Assembly (NCBI RefSeq): GCF_034676545.1
Contig: NZ_JAUCBZ010000011.1
Location: 47,433 to 111,432 of the forward strand
DNA: 64,000 nucleotides
Origin: Pararhodobacter sp.
Lineage (GTDB): Bacteria > Pseudomonadota > Alphaproteobacteria > Rhodobacterales > Rhodobacteraceae
Direction of reading: 5' to 3'
The position numbers and the translations under genes are program-made. Shown here piece by piece: positions 18,448-28,025 of this stretch. Under the pieces are notes generated by a model. It was not told the origin of the DNA, searched no databases, and saw only the letters and a list, made by a program, of their open reading frames with translations. Every line of letters starts with the position of its first letter. Position 1 is the first letter of the stretch.

Positions 18448-18779
18448 TGGCCCGCGTCACACACACCTACACGATCGACGAGGTCGCCAAAATGATCGGC
18501 GAAAGCCCCGAGCTCATCGAGATCACCAGCGCCAATTCCGACAACATCGATTACGGCGAGATGATCTGGGTCGACAACGGCACCGAGGAAGGGATCAAAA
18601 CCTTCACGGACCGCGGCATCGAATGCCTGCAGGAGCTCCTTGCAGACATTCGAACATGGGATGGCGGCATCCTCGAGTTCCTCCGATATGAGCAGTGTGA
18701 TCCGGCAGTTATCGAACGCATCATGGCTGACCAAAAAAATGATGAGCCGGAAAACCTTCGCCACAGCGAAGCAACATAA
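18447..18779 (+). CDS. acidic 110-aa passenger ORF inside IS66 copy 1
   Basis: The ATG overlaps the tnpC stop (TGATG). It lies inside the right inverted repeat of the element. No recognisable motif. Confidence 0.45.
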   Translation: MARVTHTYTIDEVAKMIGESPELIEITSANSDNIDYGEMIWVDNGTEEGIKTFTDRGIECLQELLADIRTWDGGILEFLRYEQCDPAVIERIMADQKNDEPENLRHSEAT

Positions 18780-18811
18780 CTGCGGCCTACGCCGGATGCT
18801 TACTTTATTCC

Positions 18812-19212
18812 GAACCCGGACAGCGGATATCAGAAACCATCTCGCGCAAACCCTATTGCGCAAGGCGTATCTCTTTAATCATTGGTCTGATTACTGGATG
18901 CGTATGTCTTTTATCTGATCGCGCAATGCGTGTATCATAAGGCGTAGCCCTGATCACACGTCGCTGATGCCACAAGACGCATCCCACACTTCCTTTCTCC
19001 GAACCCGCAACACTGAACGGTTGGGTCCGTACATCAAACAAAACAGGGCGTTACCGCCACTTCTGCCCGGGAAATGCCCTCCTGCCAAGGGCTTGGATGT
19101 GCACCTTCTCCGGTTGCGCCTTGTGCATTCAGCGATCAGCGAAGTGCACTCGGTGGCAGGTGAGTTACCCAAGGTTAACACAACCTGCAAGTGGTCATAT
19201 CGCGCATAGATT
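18812..19212. promoter_or_regulatory. candidate oriT/promoter region upstream of mobC
   Basis: Called from its position upstream of mobC-relaxase. Inverted repeat GCGCAA-N6-TTGCGC (18844-18861) containing ATTGCGC, and small hairpin GCCCT-cctgcca-AGGGC near 19074-19090. The nic site could not be assigned. Confidence 0.25.
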
Positions 19213-19824
19213 GTGCTTGATCAAGGGCTGAAAGAAGGGGATAGAGAAGGTGGCAGGAAATGCGATGTGTCTACAAATAATCGGTGGCGGAAGTTGGCAG
19301 AAAAATCAGAGCCGCGCAAAATACGACTTAAGTCTGGGTCCGGTGTTTCAGCCAAAGCGAATTGCGATCTGGCTGATTCTGCAGCGCAGCAACGGGCGCA
19401 CCGCGGGCGGCCGCGAGTCGAGAGCTTGGGCCAGGTTGTAAGTTGCCGTCTGCCTGCCGAAGAGCTTCAAGCCTTCGATGCGCTCTGCACCCAACTCGGC
19501 GCGAAATCCCGCTCTGACGGTGTGAGGTCGGTCGTGCGGATGGCCTCGGGCTTCCTCGAGTTCAGCCGGGAAGACAGCGCGCGGCTGGAAGAGATCCGCC
19601 ACGAGTTGGCGAAGATCGGTACCAACGTGAACCAGATTGCGCTGGCGGCAAACCGGGGCCGGGCGCCGATGGTGCGGGCGCAATGGGCATCGGTCGAAGA
19701 ATTGCGCCGGTCGCTGCCAATGGTGGCGAAGATGTTGAGCCAGATCATCGCGGAACGCCGGCGGCAGGGCGTGGCGCTGTTCCGCAAGTTTGTCGAAATC
19801 CAGGAGGGTGCGCGCCATGGTTAA
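19213..19824 (+). CDS. mobC: MobC-family relaxosome accessory protein
   Basis: VSCRLPAEELQAFDALCTQLGAKSRSDGVRSVV (RHH-like) followed by EIRHELAKIGTNVNQIALAANRG, typical of MobC. GTG start is uncertain. Confidence 0.75.
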   Translation: MLDQGLKEGDREGGRKCDVSTNNRWRKLAEKSEPRKIRLKSGSGVSAKANCDLADSAAQQRAHRGRPRVESLGQVVSCRLPAEELQAFDALCTQLGAKSRSDGVRSVVRMASGFLEFSREDSARLEEIRHELAKIGTNVNQIALAANRGRAPMVRAQWASVEELRRSLPMVAKMLSQIIAERRRQGVALFRKFVEIQEGARHG

Positions 19825-21643
19825 GCCCGGATCGCGTCCGATCGGGCTGGCAGAGGCTGTTCTAGGCGACCTCGACTTTCTGCGTCCCCAGTCAGGGCGC
19901 GTGAAACCCGGTCCCTCTTCTTCCTCTCGGCAGGGCTTTCGATTCTCGCCGCGCGCCAGCCAGCTGTGGCGGTTTTCGCTGGGATCGAACGCCGCGGTCA
20001 TCAAGAAGATCGGCAAGGGTGGCACGGCGAACGCGAAGGAGCTGGCGGCCCAGATGGATTATCTGTTCTCGAAGTCGGCATCGATCTTTGGCAACGGGGT
20101 CGTGCTGGATGCAGATGCCAAGGGGCTGACCAAGGACGAACGAAAAGACATCATCGGCGACTGGGTCGAAGATTGGCGTGGGTCGCCCAAGAACGGGCAC
20201 ACCAGCCATCTGCTGCTGAGCTTTCCGTCCCATGTGCGGCCGGAGAAGGCCAAGCTGATTGCCGAGGCCTGGGCCTTCGAGATGTTCCAGTCGGGCGACC
20301 ATCAGGACGATATCTGGTCCTATGTCGCGGCGCTGCACACCGACCGGGCGCATCCGCATGTCCATATTGTCGTGAACAACCGAGGCACCCTGAATGACAG
20401 CTGGTTCTTCATGGCGAGGGAACATGTGTTCAACCTCGACGTGATGAAAACGTGCATGGTGGCCATTGCGGCGGAAGAAGGGGTGTTTCTGGACGCGACC
20501 TCGCGCGCGGAACGGGGGCTTCTGACCTATGGCCCCTCGCGGGCAGAGATCGAACGGGCGCGGGAAGAAGGTAGGGCACCGGAGGAACGGCCGCGCAAGG
20601 GTAGGGCGCTGGAGGATGCACTTGCCACGATGGCACGCACGGCGGACACCATGCGCAACCTCAGTCATGTGGCGGCTCTGACCGGGCTGCCGGAGATCGC
20701 CGAGAAGATTGCCAAGGCTGAGGAAGTACTTCGGCAGGGAGGGGTACTTTCACCCTTCCCGGCCGAGGCGGCGACGCTGGAGCGTGCTGATCTGGAGCGG
20801 CATTTCAGCGGATGGATGACCGAGACCGAAGGCAGGATCCGCAAGGCGCCAATCGCGGAGCGGAAGGGCCTGCGGGATGAGCTTTATGGCTATGCCGTCG
20901 ACATCGCACGTGGGCTTGGCGATGCCCGCGGCGCGCAGCTTCTGCAGATGATGCCGCAGTCGGTGATTTACGGCATGGCGCTCGAAGGCGACGCCCTGAC
21001 GCGGGGGCGTGCGGAGACGACCCTGCAGCCCGGGGCGGCGGAGCGGCTGCGCGCGGAGATCGTGGCCGGCGCGAGTGCACTTGGCCTGAGCGGCGAGCGC
21101 ATCGCCATCCGTCTGGAAACGGGCGCGGCGAACGCCTGGGAAGAGCGGGATTGGGTGCGCAGCGATCTTCTGCTCCTCGCCGGACGGCGACGACTGGACC
21201 TGCGCGACCCGGAGCAGGGACGGCGCATGGCCGGGGAGCTGCAGGGGTTTTATGACCGAGCGGCGGCGGCGATTGACCATACCGTTACCCATGAAACCGC
21301 GCCTGAGAACGACCGGCTTGTGCGCGCGCTGCGGTCCATGGGACGCATCATGCAGGCCGAGGGGAAGGTCGGGTTCCGCAACGATACCCATGCCGGGCGG
21401 TTCGCGGCGGAATTGCGGGCGCGATATGGGGCGGGCATCGTGACAGACCTCGCCGCAGGCCGGACAGATGCGCTGGCGCAGGATGTCGGGGATCAGGCCG
21501 AACGCCACCGGATCGCCCGCGCAGTGGTCTCAGCCGCGAAATCGCATGTGGCCTTGGGACTGACTTTGCGGCAGGCGACGGTGGCGGAGCGCGAGTTGGC
21601 CGGACAATCGGAGCGCAAGGGCGTGACGGATTGGGAGCTGTGA
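19817..21643 (+). CDS. MOBQ/VirD2-type relaxase
   Basis: SHLLLSFP...ALHTDRAHPHVHIVVNNRG (HxDxxxPHxH histidine triad). ATG at 19817 has AGGAGG 8 nt upstream and overlaps the end of mobC. The ORF track starts at a TTG at 19790. Confidence 0.85.
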   Translation: MVKPGSRPIGLAEAVLGDLDFLRPQSGRVKPGPSSSSRQGFRFSPRASQLWRFSLGSNAAVIKKIGKGGTANAKELAAQMDYLFSKSASIFGNGVVLDADAKGLTKDERKDIIGDWVEDWRGSPKNGHTSHLLLSFPSHVRPEKAKLIAEAWAFEMFQSGDHQDDIWSYVAALHTDRAHPHVHIVVNNRGTLNDSWFFMAREHVFNLDVMKTCMVAIAAEEGVFLDATSRAERGLLTYGPSRAEIERAREEGRAPEERPRKGRALEDALATMARTADTMRNLSHVAALTGLPEIAEKIAKAEEVLRQGGVLSPFPAEAATLERADLERHFSGWMTETEGRIRKAPIAERKGLRDELYGYAVDIARGLGDARGAQLLQMMPQSVIYGMALEGDALTRGRAETTLQPGAAERLRAEIVAGASALGLSGERIAIRLETGAANAWEERDWVRSDLLLLAGRRRLDLRDPEQGRRMAGELQGFYDRAAAAIDHTVTHETAPENDRLVRALRSMGRIMQAEGKVGFRNDTHAGRFAAELRARYGAGIVTDLAAGRTDALAQDVGDQAERHRIARAVVSAAKSHVALGLTLRQATVAERELAGQSERKGVTDWEL

Positions 21644-21804
21644 TCAGGTCCCGGTGCGCGCCACCCCCGGTTTGCTCCGTCGGCTCTGGCCACGGTCGGC
21701 GGGCCCGCCATTCTGTCGCCAGACACGGCTGCCATCTCTTCCTGACAAGGGACAGCCACTTCGCTAGGCTGGTCGCTGAATTCGGACAGTACGGCGGGTG
21801 AGAC

Positions 21805-23898
21805 GTGGCAAAGAGTTGGATCGATGAGGCATTGGCCGCCCTTGCGGCGGCGGGCGCCGATGGCTTCGGCGCGCGGCGCGACGTTCTGGAACGCATGAGT
21901 TTCGACCTCTTGCATCGTCCGGCCCTGGGCGGCCAGATCGTCGCGCAACTATGTGCAATCGAAACCCCTTCGCCGAATGACGAGGGCCTTGTGGATCTTC
22001 TCGGTGCCGGCCTCGACGCCGCGCGTATCGCCAGAGAAAACGGCAAGTCGCGCGGCCAGACCTTTCTCAAGACTGTCGAAGACGCGCTTGATCTTGCGCG
22101 CCGGCAGGGGCGGATGACGCCTGCTCACAACCTCATCTTCGCCCAGCTCTGGACACGCAACGGCCTGACCGCCCCGGCTTCTCTGGAGTTGCAGCGCGAG
22201 GGCGTCATTTCGGAAACGGGGCGACGTACGGCCAATCCCGCCCAAGGCGAAGCCCTGCTTGAAGGGCTCTTCACCGAACTGATCCAGCAGGCGGAGGGCG
22301 AACCACTTGCATTGCACCATGCCCTGACCGAAAGCTTCCCGGCCATGCCCCCGGAGATGCGCGATCAGGTGGTTGCCTATTCGGTGGGTCGAAGCGATGC
22401 GCTCCATGCCGATCTGGCCTGTTTCTGGCTGCTTGACCCGGCTCCGCATATCCGCCTTGCCGCAGCGCAAGGCCTGGCGGATCGTCTTGTACGCGGCGAC
22501 CTTCCGGGGCGCATACTGGCGACATTGGTTGTTCTGCGCAGCTGGATGCCCGAGGATGCGGCACGGGGCAGGGTCGATCTGGTTCTCAAAGAGGCCATGC
22601 GCAAAGGCGTTATTGCCGACCCGGACGTGACCCCATGGAAGATCCATGGCATCCGCATGACCCTGCCGGATGGGGGTGGGGCGCAGAGCATCGGTGTCGC
22701 GCTGCAAGCAGGATCGCAACGCAAGATGGCGATGCTTCTTCTCAAGCAGGGGCAAGGCGTAAAGGACGCCTATACCATTCCCTGTACTACCGCCCGGGAG
22801 CAGAAGTCGATCATCGAGCGCATGTCGGAAGATGTCGGCGCATTGACCGGGACGGCCGACTGTTTGCGCCGGGCCGTGTCTCTCGCGCTCGCCGATGGCC
22901 TCGCCCATGGTCTGCCGCCGGTTCCGGGGTTGATTGAGGTGGCGCGCCTCTGCGGCCTCAACGGGCTGCGCCCGGAGGCCAGATCGACGCCGGATCTTAT
23001 TGCCGGCACGGGATCGTTCGCGGCAGTCAAGGAGCTGCCTTCACGTCAGCAGGGTGCCCTGATCATGGCCAGCGAAGACTGGTGGGATCGGCACGAGATC
23101 ATCGAGAGCTGGTTCGAGGACAGCGATGAAGCCCATGCGGCCCTCGACAAGGCGCGCAGTGCCCGCTCGGCGGAGGCCGCGCTCTGGAAATGGCTCGAGA
23201 CCCGGCGCGACTGGTGGGCCCGTATCATGGCCCGCAGCGCCGATGTGCTGGAGACAAGCCTTCATCCAGATGCGACCGGTTTTGTTGCTTGCGCCACCGC
23301 GCTTCTTGATGGTCGGGAGTTGAAGAGGATCCCGGTCATGCTCGATATACACGAACAGACGATCGAGGCCTGGGTGCGGGATGATCCGGACTTCGATCCG
23401 GAGGCCTCGCTCGAGGAACTGGCCGAAGCGGCCCCCGAGCCCGAGAAGAAGGGTGAAGTTGCCGCGCTGTTGCGCGGAACGGGCCTTTCGTCTGACTGGC
23501 TTGACGGTTACCTGACCGGGATCGTCATCGCGCCGAAAATCATCATGCCGAACCAGTGGCTGCCCCGGATTCTGGACGCCGTCCTGCCCCGGATCGACCC
23601 GTCCCGCTTCCAGCGGTTCATGGACCTTCTGATGATGCGTGCCCAGGCGGTTGCCGAAATAGCGTCCGAGCCCGCCGAGTTCGCGGCCTCGATTTCCAGT
23701 CGATCGAAGAAGGCGCAGGGCGATTGGGCATCCGGGTTTTCTGAGGCCCTGGACAGGTTCCAGTCGGCATGGCCGAAGAAGGGCATGACCAAGGAGGACC
23801 GCAGATTGATTGAAATTGGAGCGACTGGCCTGGCCGGTGCCGATCTGCCTGAACTCGCGGCTTTGATCGCGGAACGGCAGGAGAAAAACTCAGGGTGA
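21805..23898 (+). CDS. large hypothetical protein with C-terminal UPF0149 (YecA/YgfB-like) domain
   Basis: 697 aa, GTG start. C-terminal SSDWLDGYLTGIVIAPKIIMPNQWLPRILD...GDWASGFSEALDRFQSAW fits the UPF0149 pattern. The N-terminal ~520 aa are unassigned. Confidence 0.55.
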   Translation: MAKSWIDEALAALAAAGADGFGARRDVLERMSFDLLHRPALGGQIVAQLCAIETPSPNDEGLVDLLGAGLDAARIARENGKSRGQTFLKTVEDALDLARRQGRMTPAHNLIFAQLWTRNGLTAPASLELQREGVISETGRRTANPAQGEALLEGLFTELIQQAEGEPLALHHALTESFPAMPPEMRDQVVAYSVGRSDALHADLACFWLLDPAPHIRLAAAQGLADRLVRGDLPGRILATLVVLRSWMPEDAARGRVDLVLKEAMRKGVIADPDVTPWKIHGIRMTLPDGGGAQSIGVALQAGSQRKMAMLLLKQGQGVKDAYTIPCTTAREQKSIIERMSEDVGALTGTADCLRRAVSLALADGLAHGLPPVPGLIEVARLCGLNGLRPEARSTPDLIAGTGSFAAVKELPSRQQGALIMASEDWWDRHEIIESWFEDSDEAHAALDKARSARSAEAALWKWLETRRDWWARIMARSADVLETSLHPDATGFVACATALLDGRELKRIPVMLDIHEQTIEAWVRDDPDFDPEASLEELAEAAPEPEKKGEVAALLRGTGLSSDWLDGYLTGIVIAPKIIMPNQWLPRILDAVLPRIDPSRFQRFMDLLMMRAQAVAEIASEPAEFAASISSRSKKAQGDWASGFSEALDRFQSAWPKKGMTKEDRRLIEIGATGLAGADLPELAALIAERQEKNSG

Positions 23899-23985
23899 AG
23901 ATAGGGCGAGAGGCGTCGCGAAGGGCGGGAAGCGGAAGTTCGCCGCGCCCAAGACGAACGGCAGCAGTGCGGGACGGGGCCGCCG

Positions 23986-24609
23986 TCAATCTTCAGAAAG
24001 GCGATTGGGGATCAGCTCGGCCTTCATCCAGTGGGTTTTTGACTGAACATGCCCCTCCCTGACGTATTTTCCCATTTTTATTGGCATTTCAGCTTCTGCA
24101 AACGAAGCCGCGGTCCTTGCAACGAAACCTTCCTGTGTTGTCAGATCAATTGTCTGCATCAAGTGATCGAACAGGGTGGCGTGGTATGGACCGCGGTAAA
24201 GCGTCGGGACCGGCAGGATACCCAGCTCCTCGAACCGAGCGAGTGTCAGATCCCATGATTGAACTTCGTCCCCAACAATCCAGGAAAATCCAAGAAAGTA
24301 TGAGGGAAGAGCGCTATAATAGACCGAATGATGCGCATAGAGGTTTTCACCGACAATGCGTTCGCCGTCTGCCAGAAAGGGTGAAATCCCAGCAGCGAAG
24401 GCTTTGAGCCAGTCTCGGGAAGGATGGTAACGGCTGTCCGGGCTGCGCGCGTGGGAACCGTTGGCATGAATGGTTGTATTCTCGCCATCCATCTTTTCGG
24501 TGACGACGAGGTCGTCCACCATCAGCCCATCCAACGATGACATGATCTTGTCATCGCTGGTGGCACCGGGGGAGAAAGGTAGGTGAAACGTGCGACCATA
24601 TTTCTTCAT
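23986..24609 (-). CDS. ATP-dependent RNA ligase family protein (short, Rnl-like)
   Basis: MKKYGRTFHLPFSPGATSDD... then nucleotidyltransferase motif I EKMDGEN. Start taken at the Met at 24609. Confidence 0.65.
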   Translation of the reverse strand: MKKYGRTFHLPFSPGATSDDKIMSSLDGLMVDDLVVTEKMDGENTTIHANGSHARSPDSRYHPSRDWLKAFAAGISPFLADGERIVGENLYAHHSVYYSALPSYFLGFSWIVGDEVQSWDLTLARFEELGILPVPTLYRGPYHATLFDHLMQTIDLTTQEGFVARTAASFAEAEMPIKMGKYVREGHVQSKTHWMKAELIPNRLSED

Positions 24610-24817
24610 TTGGGTGAGATAACACATAAAGTTCCGGGGGAGCTATGGGCTCCGAGCCGCAGGCTGCGGCACGGAATCAGGTCACTTGGCTTGCTTATTC
24701 TTCCCGCTGGCCGGGGCAGGTGAGCGCGGCCCGTGTCTGCCGGTCGCCTTGCGCCAAACATCCGGCGAGAATGGCAGCTATGCGGGGGAAACCCGCCGAC
24801 ATCGCTGTTGAGTTCAC

Positions 24818-25831
24818 TTACAGGCCAAGACCCTCGGCGATGGTATCCACGATCGCTGCATGAACCGCTTCCCGATCCGTGCCCGAGGGGTCGGTGCAGA
24901 CCGGGTCATCCTGCTCGGCCTCAAGGATCGCCGCGCCTTTAGGCTGGCAGAGCGGCATCGCGGTGAAGTGGAAGGCCGGGGCAAGCTGCATGACCTTGGC
25001 ATCAGGGATCAGGGCGGCAAAACCGCTTTCGGTGAAGTTCGTGGCAGACATTTGCGTTTGGTGGTCGCCCAAGCCGATCAGCACAGCGTCCGGCACAAGG
25101 CCCACCACATCCGCCGCCTTAAGGCCCCAGATGAAACCGGGGTCGATGGCCACCACCGAGGTCACACGCGGATCGGCGTAGCTTGCGTTCCACAAGCCTT
25201 GGTCCTGCCGTTGCAATCCGACCTTGTCTGACAAGAACACGTCGCAAGCTTCCATCGTCTCGATCTGCGCAGTACAGGCCGCGACGATCCCGTCAAGATT
25301 GCCGGTCACGCCCCCCAGCGACAGCGCCGTCCAGCCGCCAAAGGAGAACCCCGCCGCCATCACCCGCGTCAGGTCAAGATGCGGGCCAAGGTCGGGGTCC
25401 TCCGTCAACACGTCCAGCGCCCGCGACAGGTCGGCCGCGCGGGTCCAGTGCCGCACGCCGCGCGCCATGTCATGATCGCCCCAGGTCGAGCCCAGATGGT
25501 TCACCATCACCACGATGGCGCCCCGCCCGGCCAGCGCCGAGGCGAGCCAGGCCTGCGCCCGGTCGGTGCCGCCCATCCCGTGACTGAACAGCACTACAGG
25601 GTGCAGGCCCGCGGCCGGTTCTGCATCGGTGAAGGCCTCAACCCCGCGAAAGACGGGGTTCTCGGCATAGACGGCTTCTGTGCCGCCCGTCGCGCGGGGA
25701 TACCAGATCGCCACACGGGTTTCGGCGTCATGATGGGGCATGTGCATCTGGGCGATCTTAAGGCCCGCACCTTCGGCAAGGGCGCCGCTGGCGAGGGTGG
25801 CAAGGGCAAGGGCAAGGGCGGTGGTTTTCAT
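24818..25831 (-). CDS. secreted alpha/beta hydrolase (dienelactone hydrolase/PAF-acetylhydrolase-like)
   Basis: Signal peptide MKTTALALALATLASGALA, nucleophile elbow GFSFGGW, VVLFSHGMGG. GGAGAG lies upstream of the ATG at 25831. Confidence 0.7.
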   Translation of the reverse strand: MKTTALALALATLASGALAEGAGLKIAQMHMPHHDAETRVAIWYPRATGGTEAVYAENPVFRGVEAFTDAEPAAGLHPVVLFSHGMGGTDRAQAWLASALAGRGAIVVMVNHLGSTWGDHDMARGVRHWTRAADLSRALDVLTEDPDLGPHLDLTRVMAAGFSFGGWTALSLGGVTGNLDGIVAACTAQIETMEACDVFLSDKVGLQRQDQGLWNASYADPRVTSVVAIDPGFIWGLKAADVVGLVPDAVLIGLGDHQTQMSATNFTESGFAALIPDAKVMQLAPAFHFTAMPLCQPKGAAILEAEQDDPVCTDPSGTDREAVHAAIVDTIAEGLGL

Positions 25832-25973
25832 CGGGGTCTCTCCGATCCGGGGTTTCAGGTGAGCCTTGCCTCGCCCGAATCCGCCGCGGCCTGCGTCCTG
25901 AATCCGGAAAAAGGTCGCCATGATCCGGATTTCGGACTAGGCGTGAGCTGTTCCCAACCGCCGTGACCCATAG

Positions 25974-26993
25974 ATGCCCACCCTTCCCATCCCCGTTTTT
26001 GTTTCCTTTCTGCTGGCCTTCGCCTGCCTGCGCCTCTGTGTGGAACAGCGGCGGCTGAGCGTCCTCGGGCTGCTTCTGGCGCTCTGCGCGGCGCAGTCCT
26101 TCATCATCGCGCTGGCGCAACACTACATGGTGCCGGGCCTGCGGTGGGTGCAGCCCGTCAGCGCCGCCCTTGTTCCGCCGGTGGCCTGGCTGGCCTATGT
26201 CGCCACCGCCCTGCGGCCAGCGGCGCGGGGCGATCTGCTGCATGGTCTGGTTCCGCTGGCGGCCCTGGCAGCGCTGCTGGTGGCGCCCGCCTTCCTTGAC
26301 GTGCTGCTGCCCGCGGCCTTCGTCGGCTACGGCATCGCGATCCTGATGCAGGCCCTGCGCGGTGCCGACGCGCAGCCCCAGGCCCTGCTGGCGCATGGCA
26401 ACCTGCCTGCGCGCATATGGCTGGTGATCGGCGCGGCCCTGGTCGCATCGGCATTGAGCGATGTGCTGATCGTGCTCGCGCAGGCCACTGGGCGGGCCGA
26501 AACGCGCGGCTGGATCATCACAGTCTTTTCGGTCGGCAACCTGCTGCTGATCGGCCTGTTCGCGCTGTCCCCATATCTGCGGGCAGAACCTCCGGAAGCA
26601 GAAGAGGCTGAAGAGGAAACCCCCGAGCCGGATATCGAGCTATGGCAGCGGCTGCAGGCCTTCAATGCGCGGGAAAGGCCATACCTCGACCCGAACCTGA
26701 CGCTCGCGCAACTTGCCCGGAGACTGCGTGTTCCGGCCAAGGCGCTGTCGGCCACGATAAACCGTTCAACCGGCGAGAACGTCTCGCGCTTTGTAAACGC
26801 CGAACGTATCCGTCATGCCCAATCCCTCCTCCTGCGCGGCGAGACAGTGACCGAGGCGATGCTGGCCTCGGGGTTTAACACCAAGTCGAACTTCAACCGC
26901 GAGTTCCTGCGCGTCGCCGGTGCCAGTCCAAGCGATTGGCTAAAGGCCAGTCGCACGACTGCAGAGGTGAACACTTCGCAGCCCCTGTCATGA
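25974..26993 (+). CDS. AraC-family transcriptional regulator with N-terminal multi-pass membrane domain
   Basis: About 200 aa of hydrophobic segments, then LTLAQLARRLRVPAKALSATI...AERIRHAQSLLL...VTEAMLASGFNTKSNFNREF (two HTH_18-type motifs). Confidence 0.8.
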   Translation: MPTLPIPVFVSFLLAFACLRLCVEQRRLSVLGLLLALCAAQSFIIALAQHYMVPGLRWVQPVSAALVPPVAWLAYVATALRPAARGDLLHGLVPLAALAALLVAPAFLDVLLPAAFVGYGIAILMQALRGADAQPQALLAHGNLPARIWLVIGAALVASALSDVLIVLAQATGRAETRGWIITVFSVGNLLLIGLFALSPYLRAEPPEAEEAEEETPEPDIELWQRLQAFNARERPYLDPNLTLAQLARRLRVPAKALSATINRSTGENVSRFVNAERIRHAQSLLLRGETVTEAMLASGFNTKSNFNREFLRVAGASPSDWLKASRTTAEVNTSQPLS

Positions 26994-27392
26994 CATTGGA
27001 TAGAACAGGCGCGTTGAAGCTGTGACCGCACCCGGGTGGCATTGATGTGCCAAGGTGGGTCTGTGAGGATCCACAAAGGAGGAGGTCACATCATCAACGC
27101 CAAGTGATAGGTTTCTTTTCGAGATAATCCTTGTCTCCTGAATTTGGAATTTCACAATGAACCTCGAAGCAGTCTCGCTCAAAGGACACAAAGACCATTT
27201 TGCCCAATTGGCGGCAGACTTGCTGCCAACTGATCCGCAGTGACAAGTGACAGAAAATCCCGCTTGATTTTCGCAAAGCGGTCGATCACAGATGTGCGAG
27301 GGGACAGCCTAGAGGTGAGCGGCCCCTGCCTGAAACCCGTCTGACTGGGGCGGCCATGCGGAGAAGACGGGTTAGGGAGCGCTGGTGGCTTA

Positions 27393-28025
27393 ATGACGAT
27401 TTACAATCTGCATAGCAGCGTCGTGGGCGCCCATCACAGCGGTGCGCATATATTGCCGCCTGATGGCAAGAATGAATGGGACGAAGACGCCGAGATCTTC
27501 GAATTTGACGTCAGTCTGAACGGCGCCCGCGCGTTGAACGAGGCGGAAATTGGACTGTTGCAGCGCTGCCGTGTCGAATTGATGCAAAAGCCAGAAAAGC
27601 CGCTTCATTGTGCCGGGATACAGGGCAGCTTGATGGTGGTCAGTGTTGAATTGGCTGACCTGATCGAGCAGCTTTGCCCCGCGCAACATCAGATCATACC
27701 CCTGTCAAATGTGTGGTTCAAACGCGCAAAAGAGCCGTCCCCCGGCCGGTATGCCGCGGTTCTGGTCATGGCCTACACGCGCACTGTCGATCTGGAGCGA
27801 TCGAATATCCATCGGTCCTACCTGCCGCATCTCGACAAGACGGCCGTTGTGTTCACCAGTTCGACACTCAACAGCCGTGTTGTCTTTGCTGCGGCAGAGA
27901 TGGGCAAGACCCTTTGGGCAGATGACGTGACAGGCGCGCTGTTTTGCTCTGATCGGTTCAAAGAGGCTGTCGAGGCTATGCCGGGCCTGTCGGGCTATCA
28001 TTTCGGTCCCTGCACCGAAGTGTGA
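27393..28025 (+). CDS. hypothetical 210-aa protein in a visibly lower-GC islet
   Basis: ORF track only. No motif assigned. Composition differs from the neighbours. Confidence 0.45.
   Translation: MTIYNLHSSVVGAHHSGAHILPPDGKNEWDEDAEIFEFDVSLNGARALNEAEIGLLQRCRVELMQKPEKPLHCAGIQGSLMVVSVELADLIEQLCPAQHQIIPLSNVWFKRAKEPSPGRYAAVLVMAYTRTVDLERSNIHRSYLPHLDKTAVVFTSSTLNSRVVFAAAEMGKTLWADDVTGALFCSDRFKEAVEAMPGLSGYHFGPCTEV

Larger units (their letters stand above)
15925..18803 (+). mobile_element. complete IS66-family insertion sequence (copy 1, 2879 bp) carrying tnpA, tnpB, tnpC and a fourth ORF
   Basis: Left end GTAAGCCTGCGGTGAAGGCCGTCTGC. Right end ...GGCCTACGCCGGATGCTTAC, an imperfect inverted repeat matching at about 16 of the 21 outermost nt. 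Perfect 8-bp target duplication TTTATTCC at 15917-15924 and 18804-18811. Confidence 0.85.
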
